64,000 nucleotides of DNA from Geosiphon pyriformis uo1 (lineage: Eukaryota; Fungi; Glomeromycota), in assembly GCA_016748015.1 (NCBI GenBank), contig JAAOMT010000749.1, forward strand, positions 35,023-99,022, written 5' to 3'. The position numbers and the translations under genes were made by a program. Shown one piece after another: positions 26,623-39,017 of this stretch. The notes below the pieces were generated by a model. It was not told where the DNA came from. It saw nothing but the letters and a program-made list of their open reading frames with translations, and searched no databases. The first letter of the stretch is position 1. Each line of letters starts with the position of its first letter.

Positions 26623-27912
26623 TTAGTATTGGGTATGTGGATGAGGTTGATTATAACCGTAATTCTGTGGTTGAGTATTGTTATGCGGTATAAATTGTGA
26701 GGGTGTTTCATGATATTGAGGTGCAATTACAGGTTGCATGTGTTGTATTTGTTGTCCCGACGCATTTTGAAAATGAACAGGAGGCAGATAATATTCTTGA
26801 CCTGGGAGTGGATGATTTCCTTGATTTGGGAATGGATGATTTCCTTGATTTGGGAATGGATGATTTCCTTGACCTGGGAATGGATGATTTCCTTGATTTG
26901 GGAATGGATGATTTCCTTGATTTGGGAATGGATGATTTCCTTGATTTGGGAATGGATGATTTCCTTGACCTGGGAATGGATGATATCCCGGACCTGGGAT
27001 CGGATAGCTTCCTTTAAAAGGAGCAGGTGGCGGATTATGTTCTGGTCCTGAGATCGGATTATTTACTTGGATTGGGATTGTAGTTGATCCACTTGTAATT
27101 GGGGTCTCGGTTGCCACTTGGAGTGGCTCCTCTTCTTTGCTACCAAACGCATTTTTGACCGCTTCAACCACAAACCTCCCAAACATAATAAATCCAGTGA
27201 CTAGAGCAGCCAAGACAAGGTTACGCATTTTACTTTGTGCGTCGTCACTGTCGCTTATACCTCCATAATTGGAGGCAAGAGCCCAAGCCATAAACACAGG
27301 GTATGCAAAACATATTAAATCAGAAACAAGTGAAAGACGATTAACTTGTTTTTGTGTTATATTCTTATGACCAAATAAAAGATATCCTTCTTTTCTGCCT
27401 GTATTTCAAGCAAATTCAAATAGATTAGACATATGTCATTTTCTAAAATAAGAAAAATTTCTTTAGACTTACAGAAAATGACTCCCATTATTTCAACAAA
27501 TTTTAATCGACCTCCCGTATAATGATAAATTTGAAAGAGATTAGCAATTCTTGGTAAACATTCGAATATTACAATTGCATTATAGACGCCTTTAGCAATA
27601 CTTCCTTGTTCTACCTTTTGTATATTAAACAAAAAATTTAAAACTTTGAGTGGAATGAACTAATTTCAAGACCATTAAACAAAGCCCACATAAAAAAATG
27701 TTTACATTTTCATTAAATTTTCCTATTAAGATGAGACTTGTTCCCAATGTAAAACAATTTGCAAGAGCAAAAAGACTCCAATAAATTTTTTTCCAAAATG
27801 GAGGATTTTCCATCGGTGATTGTTTTTTTTTTGATATTTTTTCATTTTCTGGTACTTTTTGATTGCTATCAGCAATTTGACTCATTTCTTGGATGTGAAT
27901 TGGCTGAGCCAT
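26623..27912 (-). CDS. Multi-pass membrane protein with a Pro/Gln/His-rich repetitive C-terminal tail; 3 exons (27912-27706, 27614-27473, 27398-26623; 374 aa)
   Basis: Two GT..AG introns join three ORFs in frame (1125 nt). About 4 hydrophobic segments precede a low-complexity tail. Confidence 0.75.
26797..26998. repeat. 24-bp coding minisatellite, about 8 copies, encoding P(N/G)QGNHPF on the minus strand
   Basis: Unit TTGA(TT/CC)TGGGAATGGATGATTTCC is directly visible. Confidence 0.95.
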
Positions 27913-30344
27913 GAATTTTTTTGATTCGAAGAGTTTTTTCAGGGAAAGTTTTTGACCAAATAAAATTGAAGAGAAGTGGAAATTATCTCTTTAAAAATCT
28001 TTTAATACTTATTTATATATAAAATTATCTGCATCAATTTTAAATATCTTGGAAAAAGAGTTTCAACAATTCAAATTATGGGATTATGCTGAAAATCAAT
28101 TATTAACTTAATTCCACCAATCATTAATTTTTAAACTTGAATAAAGTCAAGTAACTTTCGAATTCATGGTAAGAATTCCTTACAGTTGTCTCCTGTAGCA
28201 CAATGCACAAGCAAATTAACAATTTACAAGTTGCACTAATGATCTTTAGTGTTCAACACAAATAAAACTCAATTACTTGGAAAGAATTTCTTTTTAAAAT
28301 TCATCTGCAATGTCTGAAACATTGCTATATATTTTTAGAAAATCCTTTATATACTGTACAACGTTTTTCTTATTTTGGTTGGCGTAAATGTACGAGAATG
28401 AAGTTTTTTTTCCTGTTTCCACCTGATTTTTAAAAAGGTTTTGGTATGTAAGACAGTTTTCTGATATCAAAATTTAAACAAAGGATTTTAGCAAGTGTGA
28501 AGCCTTTTATAATTCAAATCTTTTACTTTAACTCTTTCCTGGAAAACTTCAATCGTCGAAAGAGCATTCAAAATTTATTATTTAGGAAAAAACAAGGTAC
28601 ACTAAGTTTAAGAAATTCTGTGGTTATCATTCTCTGATTTTCTCATCTCAATTAATTACATCCGAGTTTTTGAGAAAATTCAAAATTATTTGAGCTTTGA
28701 GTAATGTCACCAATGACAATTAAAAATTTGGCTCTTTCACAGATAGTTTAAATGACCAAAATTTCTTGATTTATTTCAATTGATCTTAACGATTCTTGTG
28801 AAATGATCAGAGATTTTATTTTAAAACTAGCAATTCCCTTTCCTATCATAAAAATTTTGTTTTCATAAGAAATTTAAAAATTTGGCTTTTTTAATGAGAT
28901 TTATATTAGTTAACAAGCTCTGAAATTTATTATTTCTGTGAAAATTGTATATACTAAAATTCAAAAGCTTTTAATTCTCAAAGCTCATAACTTATAACTT
29001 TCTCAACTGAAACCCATCATTATTTCTTTAGCTTCAAGTTTGTGGGTTTTCAAATACAATTCTATTTAAAGACAGAAATTCACCAACGTTAACAGACGTG
29101 TCATCATTTCTAAGCAAAGCAAGTTGAAAATTAAATAGAATGGTTAAATATTTGAAAGCAAATAAATTGGATAACTCAACTTTCCTATCATCAGTTCCAA
29201 TATTAAATAAAAAACTAATAACTTTTAACCTTTTCAAGTTTAAAAAATTTGAAGATGCTACATTCAACATCCTATATGTTATTACTAATCTGTCTTTAAT
29301 GGCAGTTTGCCACTAGTAAAATTTTCCTTTTTTTATTCCATCATCAAATAACTGATTATTGTGAAGAAGTTTTAATACTGAATTTTAAATTGACATTGAT
29401 AATTTTGCTTTTCCGTCTAGAACCTTCCATAATATATAATCATCATTTTTTAGAGGATAATCTTTTATTTCATTAAGAATGAAATTGAGATTTCTTTTAT
29501 AATCAACCCTTTTGATCGAGGCTCCCATTTTCTGGCTTAAAAATATATTTTAAAGTCTTTAGGACAAACGAATTTAATTCAGAGTATTAATTTCTATCTG
29601 AGATTGCGACTATCATTCAATACCTTTTAAAACTATTTTAATTTCCAAATAATGACTAAAATGTAAAGACTACAACTCGAATTTGAGTATGGCAAAAAAG
29701 TAAATATTATTTATTATCGGTAATTTTATAATATTTGAATTTATAAGTCGAAATAGAATATAAGTTGCTTAAAACACTAAATAATGGTTTTCTGTTTGAA
29801 GATGCCTAAATTTCATGATATAAATTAATCTTCAATAACTAATAGTATTTAAAAAGATGCCGAAAATTTAAATTTACCACTTATATATAACTATTTGTGT
29901 TGATCCATGAAATAAAACTGAATCATTTGTTATTTTCTGTTAATGGACGATATAATCAAAAGAGATTTAAGCAAACAATTACAAACTTGGAACATAAAAA
30001 CATTTGAGTATTTTGCTTAAAAATGTGAAACTGTAACAGTTTAAATAGTTTGAACCTTACCAAAAATTCAAATTTACGGAAAAGAATTTGATTTATCTTA
30101 TTCCTCCACTAAAGAATCTTATCTTTCTCCAAATATAGTTGCACAATTAAAACTGGTGGGCTGAAATCATAAAAATATTCAAAATTTTAGTCTTACTCAT
30201 TTGATCGCGCTTTATTTTGAGAATCTTTAAGCTTTTTTATATCGTTCTTTATTAAATTTCTCATTCTTGAGCCTGAGGCTTCGAAAATCTTTGCAATCAA
30301 AAATTTATTTGAAATCGAGAAAATTTAGATTTTTGCTCAAAAAA

Positions 30345-32088
30345 ATGAAACATTGGAATGTATTCAATTTATATTTTACTGTGTACCTATTAAATATATT
30401 TTCAGTCGTCATGAGTCAAGAAAATAATGGTAAGCTAATAAAAGTACATATATTTCGTTTGGTTTTGTTGAATATTTAATCAATCAAAAAATTATTTAGA
30501 AACAAAAAACGTCATTTTTCTTTCTTTTTACTTATAACATCTCTAAAGCACAGTTTTATTCCAAATATAAAATAATTCCTCATATATTTCACAGAGTAAT
30601 TTCGTTTTAAGAACCAAATATAAAGAATTTTAGAATTTCACAAGAGCTTCAACTGCATCTTACGATCCAAACTTGACTAATTCCGGAATATTTTGAATTT
30701 CAATATGTGTTAACTCAGCTACCCCAAACCAAAATATTAGCTTGGAAAATCCACCTAAAGTTTTGGCGAATACCTGCGTTAGAAACACAGGATCTCTTGA
30801 GTATTATAACTTAGGATTGCACCTTGGAGCACTTTTTATTATACTAATAGCCAGCTCTCTTGGTAAGAAAAAATGTGCCTAATTCACCGAATTTAAAATA
30901 TTTTTCCAACTTTTTATTTTTTACTGATGATAGGAGTGTTTTTACCGGTTCTCTCGGAAAAATATCCAGAGTTTAGAATTCCACGTTTTTTCTTTACATG
31001 TGAGTATAAAAATTTTTATTTCACAACTAAAAATAATTTACTCGAAATAATCAATTTTTTCGATACAATATAACAGTCGCCAAGCATTTTGGCACAGGCG
31101 TTATTATTGCCACTGCTTTTATACATGTAAAATATTTTTATTCAAGTATAATGTTTTTTCTCAAAATTTTATTCGTGTTCTCAAACATTTCATTGCTTAT
31201 CAGATGTTACCACAAGCATTTATCAGTCTAACCAACCCTTGTCTACCAAAGATATGGTCCAATACCTATCCAGCATTTGCAGGAGCATATGCGATGGGGT
31301 CTGCCCTGTTTATCTTTTTAATTGAATATTTCGCGATGAAGCTGAATGATGAATACGAAGAGGAACAAGCAAAAATAGAACAAAATAATGGTAGTCTTGA
31401 GGCTGGTCAAAATCATTCAGAGCAACGCCATTCACATGGTCACATTGTACTTTTGTCGACACGTACTCAAGGTCTTTGTGTCATAATTCTAGAAGCAGGA
31501 ATTTGCTTTCATTCAATCATAATTGGAATGGCACTGAGTGTTTCCACTGGCTCTAAATTTGTTTCGTTATTATGTGCATTGATCTTTCATCAGGTATCTA
31601 TTCATTAATAAAGAAATTCTCACAACACGTGATAACTGATCAAATAATATATAATTTAGATTTTTGAAGGCTTAGGTTTGGGAGCACGTATCGCCGAACT
31701 TTCATTTGCGAAACGCAGTTGGCGACCTTGGTTAATGTCTTTAACATATAGTTCAACAGCGCCAATAGGAATTGCAATTGGCTTAGGCATACGGTATTCG
31801 TATAACCCAGAATCCGAAAAAGCTCTTATCATTCAAGGAACCTTGGATTCTATATCGGCTGGAATTCTTTTATATGCAGCGATGGTAGAATTATTGGCTG
31901 CCGACTTCATTATCGATAAGAAGATACGGAAATCTAGTAAAAAGAATCAATTGTTTTGTTTGATGCTTGTCTTCTTAGGGGCTGGTTCCATGGCTTTGAT
32001 TGGTATGTCAAATTTCTTTCAATAGAATCTCTAAAACTTTTGAACAATTGAGCAATATCTTTTTTTCTAAAAAGGTTTTTGGGATTAG
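30345..32088 (+). CDS. ZIP-family (Zrt1-like) zinc/iron permease; 7 exons (30345-30429, 30719-30862, 30934-30999, 31077-31126, 31204-31593, 31660-32002, 32075-32088; 363 aa)
   Basis: Motifs YNLGLHLGALFIIL, AKHFGTGVIIATAFIHML, His loop HSHGH, LEAGICFHSIIIG, FHQIFEGLGLG, DSISAGILLY. Spliced length 1092 nt. Exon 1 is the least certain. Confidence 0.92.
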
Positions 32089-33682
32089 TTGAACCAAATT
32101 TTGTTCCATTCGGGCCTTTAAAAGCATAGGCTAGTTAATATTGGCACACTTTTGATAAGAACGATTCTTGAAAGGGTTCAACTTCAAGGATATATTCTCG
32201 TTGCAATCAAGATTTTTTACAAACTGGGGAGTTTGAATGATAATCCATCCAAAAAGAGATCTAGGCAAGTGCGAAAGACCACGATTAGGCAGAGATATCT
32301 CCTAGACCTAACTCATATAACTAATTTTTTTCGCAAATCACGTATTTTTCACCATGACATTACATTATTGATCAAGTCGTTTTCTGGTCGTCGAAAATTT
32401 TACTTTTTTCTTTTCTACCAGGTCGGTTTGCTTAATAATCTGTTTTTAACCTTCAAAACAACTGATGCAAAGGATCTAATGAAAATGGTTCAATAAAATT
32501 CCGTCCAAAACAAATTCCGTTGTTAAGGGTACAGAAAGCTTTGCATAAAAAATCCTAGTCACCACAGAAGGCATGTAGATTATAATACTCTTCTTCTATC
32601 GTCCGTGTAATACTACATTCTCGCTTTTAGATAGTTTTAATGTTTGCTACTGCTAATTTTCGATGATACATTTACTATTCAAGTTTTTTTTTGTTCGATA
32701 AAGAGACAGAGTTATTATTTATTTTCTCAGCCACAGCTCATAATAAATCGATCTAAAGGTATAGTAATAAAAGTATTTCGGGTAGCTAGACGTAAAATTA
32801 ATTCCATAATTCCCAATAGATATTTAAATTTTAAAGCTTAAAGAATTAATTAATTTTAAGAGTTTAAAGTAGTTGGGTTATCTCTATTCGTTCATTTCTG
32901 TCAAACTAGTTTCTTACTATATGATACACTTTTTAGCCGATAAAATAACTGTTTTAAGGGTAACTTCTGAAAGAAAAGTTTTACTGGAAAGGTAAGATAT
33001 ATGAAAATTTCCACCTTTTGATCACAATTTTTTAATGAGCTCATTCAGATGTTAGATTAGGTAAATTTAGAGGCAAATTTCAAAACTTTCTGTAAATTTT
33101 TTAAAAATATACCATGTTTTTATTTTGAGATAAAAGAAAAAAGACGGTTCAGACTAAACACAATCACTATCCCTGTCTGCGTTTTCCTCATATGATAAAT
33201 TAATCGTCAACAACATAGATTCCCTTTGCCTTAATTTCCAAAAAATTATTTAGTGGATTCATAATCATGTTGTAGCCAGTAGACCTACATAAATCAACCT
33301 TTGCATGATTTGCATGAATTTAAAGGTAAAATAGTTGTCAAACAAATATTACCGCTGTGGTTTATGACTGGTTCCATCCTACTTTTAGGACGAAACTTTA
33401 GATTCAAAAAATTCTTTTAAAAAAAAAATTTAATATTTATAGAGCTTTTGATTGGTGCATAGTCTCAATGTAAAAACTTTTAATTGAGGTTATAAAGTAA
33501 CCTGGATTCTTGAAAATTTTAACGAGTCTACACTATTTTTATCCAGCTTTAGTTTATGTAGTTTAAAATTTATAATCTTTCTCCTGTAGAATTCAATTGA
33601 ACCTTCTTTCCAACTAATTAGGAAAAGAATTTTTCTACTAATTTATATGTCTCAATCCTCCATTAATACATAACCACACACC

Positions 33683-35272
33683 ATGAACATCACCACAATC
33701 CCTAAATTTAAAGGACAATATTGTTTAAATGAAAAAAAATGTGACCAAGAGCATCTTATTTTCAAAATCAATTTGATATTGATTACCTACACGAGTATTA
33801 TAACATTGATATCGATAGGATCCTTAATATATCGGAATTGTTTAAACAAACAACCATTGTTCTTCCCAAAAGCAAGAGAAAGAGGATTAATTAGAATACG
33901 ATCACAGGAAGCTTTTCATATTTCCACAATCTTTTATTGTTTTGGTATGGAAAATCATGAATTTTTGATCAGGAGTCGATTTGAAATTTTGTAAATTTTA
34001 ATTATATAAAACTTTTATTTCCTACCAGTGTGTGCAATAAATGCCTTGCTTACATTAACTAATTCGTATTTTAATATGGAATTTCTAATGAGTAAGTTAC
34101 CTTTTTCTTTTAATATTTCACAATTGATCCTCAAATTAAAATCTTTAAAAATTTTTTAGTTGGCACTAGTCTAGCCAATATAATTGGAGTTTGTTTGGCT
34201 GGTTTTTATCCAATTGGATTATGTGAGGTTTTTTTTTATTTTTCTTTAAAAAGGAATCCAATTTCTGATATCATTTTTAGTTGTGATTTCCTAAAATTTC
34301 TAACTAAAGATTTTTTTGAAATTTTACTTTAAAAGTTTATTCATTGACTAGTATAAACGATGGATCTCCTCATAAAACTCTATTTTTTGGCAGATTTCGT
34401 CAAAAATATGTTATCGATTTCATTGGAATATTTCTTTTTATCGGCCCAATAGCGACAATGACTCCGTTGGCTTGGATGCGTGCAAAGTTTTCATATCCAA
34501 GCAGCAACATTTCCTTAATTCGGAAAATAGAAATTGTTAATCGTGGATTATGGGTATTTTGGGCTATTTTACAGATGACAATACTAATTTTTTGGGGTAG
34601 AAAGATGAATTCTGTATTAAAAGCTCAAGCCGAAAAGTTAAAAACCAGCAAAAAATTTATGAACGTTGAGAAACTGAAACAACTGAAATCTGTTTCAAGA
34701 CATGTGAGTATTTCACAATTTTTTAACATACTCTATTTTCATTAATCTAAAATTTTTGATATAAATGATATTTAGGTAAACACTGTTATGCTGAGTTTAA
34801 CTTTACTTTATACTGTGAAGTTGATCAATAACGTACTTCGAATCGTGATGGGTGAACATAGTCGAAGCACAAATACAAGTTTCTTTATTATTTTCAACAC
34901 GTTTACTGTACCAGTGTTTTTGAACATTGGCCAATTGGCCATATTGTACAAGTTAGTGTTGTTTTATTGGTCTTATTTAATTAACGTTGCTTTAATCGCT
35001 CCTAAACTTTATTTTTTTTTCATTTGAACAGTGACCTGAAAAATAGCTGGCTTTCTTGTAATAAAAAAAAAGTTCCTGATTTAAATTCCCAAAGTGAAAA
35101 GAATTTTGAATTTTACAATAAGGACACTTTGAGAAATTATAATAATAACTTCCCAGGATTTAATATATCAACAGAAACTCCCAATAGCTCAGAGACATTA
35201 ATTCAAGTTGACCTTGATTGGAGGCATCACAATAACGAGAATCGGGACTCAGGAATTGCTGTTAATATTTGA
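33683..35272 (+). CDS. Uncharacterised multi-pass (about 6-7 TM) membrane protein, multi-exon
   Basis: Successive + strand ORF pieces with hydrophobic helices are separated by GT..AG segments and end in a hydrophilic tail. Exact splice sites of the middle exons are unresolved. Confidence 0.6.
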
Positions 35273-36291
35273 ATACCACTGGCCAGCTTATTTACAACTG
35301 GTTTTTGTATAAATTTAAAATAGTTCGCCTTTTCTCAAAAGATCTTTTAAGCAAAAAAAAAAGGGTTTAAAATAAAATCATCCCAATATGATATAAAGGG
35401 CACCCAGTATTTTGGCTTACTTTAGTAGTTATAGAGAAACTCTCCGATTGATAAATCCCTTGAGGAACAATTTTTTATTCGCCCCAATTTTATGATATTA
35501 CGATAACAGCATTATAAGTCAAGATAAAAACCCAAATCAAAATGAAAATCCTTCCTCCTCAGTACTGAAAAAGCTTTGATTTTCGTTACCCAGATAGTAA
35601 AGACTCATTAATGAAATTAGTGCTCAACTTTCTCTCAAAATTAAGGCAGGAAATAAGAAACAATTCTTCACAGATTAAACCATTTTCTCGAATAGAAAAA
35701 TTCTTGAGAATTATTTATTGATTTTTCTCTGTCATACATAAAAATCAACCCAACCTTTAAATAACCCCTAAAGAGTTTGACCATATTTATGAAAGGTTGA
35801 GCGTTCTGTCTGAAAATCTTTTTACGCATCTTCTTGCTTTAAACGCTAAATCGATTTGGAGTATAGAAAATATTTTTCAACGCAGCAAAGGACACCATCT
35901 CACTGGTCTAGATAAATTTATGATGGAATTTTTCAATAAAGCAAAACGTTCCTGAATTTCGATATTACCCAAGCAACATTAAGAATCATGCTGCACCCTA
36001 GTCCCTATATGCATAGTGTGCATTAACATTTCATAAGTACCTGCTGAATACTAAAAATATTTGTAATCTCGCTTGTTCTCATGTTGGAAATGCAAAAATG
36101 TTACACATTATGTAGCGAAAGGTCTAGATGCGGTACAATTATGAACTATATTAAAATTTATAAATAGTAAAGAGAGCATCTGTATTCCATACTCTGATAA
36201 TTGTTCTTTGAGAGGTCATCAAGGAAAGAAAGAAGTAATGTCAAGTCAATAATTTCGAGTTTTTTGAGCTAATGTCTTCCCTTTTAAACTA

Positions 36292-36942
36292 ATGACTAAT
36301 ACTCTACAGATGAAAAGTTTTCTAAAAAAATGCGTGAAATTCTCTCGGAAACGGCACACAACCAAGCTTTCAGAGACCGAAATAATGTTAACTTCTGAAG
36401 TTCTCAAATTGTACCAGAAAATGACAGATATTAAATGGGACCAAGATGTCGTTAAAGTTATTAAAAAATGGATTGAGGATAATAATGAAACTGCTAAACG
36501 AATTTTTAACCTATTACGACTACAATCAAATTCATCGGAATGTGCCAGTCTCCTTGGATTTTTTTATCATTACGGAATTGGTGAGGAATATGATGAAACA
36601 AAAGCTTTCAAATGGTACAAAAAATCAGCTGATGAAAACGATGCTTTTGCGCTGGCTCAGGTTGGATATTGCTATAGCACAGGAACTGGTACAGAATGTA
36701 ATGATTTAAAAACTTTTGAATATTATGAAAAAGCTGCAAATTTAGGTGATCCTCAGGGAGCTTATCATTTTGCTAGATTTAATTTAAGTTACAAAAGTCT
36801 CATTTGGTATCAAAAATCGGCTGAGAAAGGGTTCCTGCCAGCAAAGTTGAAAATTATTGGTTTCTTTCATACCGGAACCGGTGGCGTTTTAAGAGATAGA
36901 CATATGGCCTTTCGCTTAATGAGACAGGGATACAGGGAATGA
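36292..36942 (+). CDS. Sel1-like repeat protein
   Basis: LLGFFYHYGIG, KAFKWYKKSA, AQVGYCYSTGTG, YYEKAANLG, WYQKSAEKG. Intronless. Confidence 0.88.
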   Translation: MTNTLQMKSFLKKCVKFSRKRHTTKLSETEIMLTSEVLKLYQKMTDIKWDQDVVKVIKKWIEDNNETAKRIFNLLRLQSNSSECASLLGFFYHYGIGEEYDETKAFKWYKKSADENDAFALAQVGYCYSTGTGTECNDLKTFEYYEKAANLGDPQGAYHFARFNLSYKSLIWYQKSAEKGFLPAKLKIIGFFHTGTGGVLRDRHMAFRLMRQGYRE

Positions 36943-37840
36943 GAAAATAATTAGCATTATAAATTTATTATAATACCACAATTAAAAGCTAGAATTTGAT
37001 AATAGCCTCGCTTTGAATTCATAGGATTAATTAGAAATTTTTGGGTCCACTCATCTACCTTAAAAACTTTTAATTTTCTCAAAGATCTTTTAGCGTACGC
37101 ATTTCTGCCTTTGTCTTAACAATATTTCAGTTTATATATATAACAAATGGTAAAAAAAATTTCCAAATATTGTCACAATTAAAAGATTTAGTCAATTTGA
37201 TCTTTTCCTATACAAACTCATGAAATAAGGGAGTTATATATTCTAAAAAAATTGTTCTTGTAATCTCCTTCAAAAATACATAATAACCGAAAGGATTCAT
37301 TATTTAAAAATCTTTATTCTTTAACAGGAAATAAATTATGTCATAATAGTATTATTATTTGACCAATATTTATCTAATTCAAATGCTTTGAGCAAGTCAA
37401 GACTTTTTTATTTGCCATTTAAAACAAAAGTTAAGAGACGATCATTGCCAAATTTCTAAAGATGTTAGTGATTATAAGATCATATGACCTCAAAGCCATA
37501 AGAAGCCTCATCTTAATGCATGTGGCTATGTGATCTCAAAAAGTTGATCATGGCCACCTCTGGCTTTCATTAAATTGGCATTGAGTAATACTGCAACCTA
37601 CCCCCTTTTGTATATCTTGATAACATCACAGATATTTTAACTTGAAATAAATAAATGACACTTTCATTTGTCGAATAAATAAACGAGTAATTAAGATTTT
37701 CAAATAGTGTATTCAAAAAATTGACTCCCTAAAATATTGGGTTCATTCCAAAAAAAAAAAATTATTTCAAACCCATTCAGTTTGTTTCTTCCCATTTTAT
37801 TTAAAATATTTCTGACGAAACGCGATAAAATTCAAATAAA

Positions 37841-39017
37841 ATGGTGGACCCTCAAGTATTTATGCGTTCAGCAGTCGCATGTTTTATAATGATTTTCTTT
37901 ATAGCTGCCGTCGTATGGTCTATATTATTGTTGTCCAAGGGGCGTTTTTTCTCTTACACGATTGTGGTTTTTGGAGATTCTTTATCTGTCACAAATTATA
38001 CCAATACTCCTTCAGGTCTTTATTATAAAGGTATGATCTTAAAAACGAAATATAAATTTTTTTTTAATTCTTTTCTAATTTGAGTGCCACATTTATTAGG
38101 GCGATTTTCGAATGGCCGTGTTTGGGTAGAAGATGTCGCAGATGCAATAAATTCCAACGTTGAAAATTATGCATATCCCTATGCAACAACTGATAATGAT
38201 ATTATCAAAAGCAATTACAATATTTTTAATTCGCAAAATAGCACAGAGGAGACAGTATCATCAATTGTGGACCAAGGTGCAGAAAAAATAAATTTTCATC
38301 TAATCAAATAAATATTTTTCAAATATTTTTCTCACTTTATCTTTCAATTTACAGTGGAAGAATTCCGTAAAAATGGAACTGATGCTGGTAAATACCAGAC
38401 AACGCACATGATATGGGCAGGGTCAAACGATTATATGGTAGATATCATACATCAGTTTTTCCTTCGCTTCATGATTGCTAAGATTACTCAACTTCTTGTA
38501 GCTTATTGTTGATCAAAATATCACAAATGTGAAAACAGAAGATATTGTTAAATCGATAGAAAACTCTTTGAAAAACCTCGCTTCAGCGGGTGCTCGAAAA
38601 TTTTTGGTGAACAATCTACCACCCTTAGACTTTACTCCAAAGTACGCTAATTCATCGAGAGAGAAAAAAGAAACATTGCATAACCTAATTCTGGATCATA
38701 ATAATAAGCTTGAAATAATGGTGAATACTTTTACCCTGACAAGTAGCCGAATTTACGCTCGCGTTTTCAATATTCACAATCACACAATGAATGTAATTAA
38801 TGATCCGGGAAAGTATGAATTCGAAAATGCCAAAGATCCATGTTATGTCAAAGACAATGATGGTAACTCTGCTCAATGCTCAAATCCAAAAAAATATGTG
38901 TTCTGGGACGACATTCACCCCACTGCTGCATTTCATCAATGGTGGGCAGATCAAATAATTGACTTTTTAAAATCACGGGATGGGTCATGTCTTTTTTCCA
39001 AAATATGTAAAATATAG
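37841..39017 (+). CDS. GDSL/SGNH lipase-esterase with an N-terminal membrane anchor; 4 exons (37841-38030, 38100-38276, 38355-38437, 38502-39017; 321 aa)
   Basis: Blocks VFGDSLS, GRFSNG, WAGSND and FWDDIHPT are all intact. Spliced length 966 nt. Confidence 0.92.

Noticed and set aside
26697-27051. Two + strand ORFs with DDFLDLGM and MISLIWEW repeats; superficially CRISPR-like periodicity
   Set aside because: They are antisense shadows of the 24-bp coding minisatellite. There are no unique spacers, and the minus strand carries the spliced gene.
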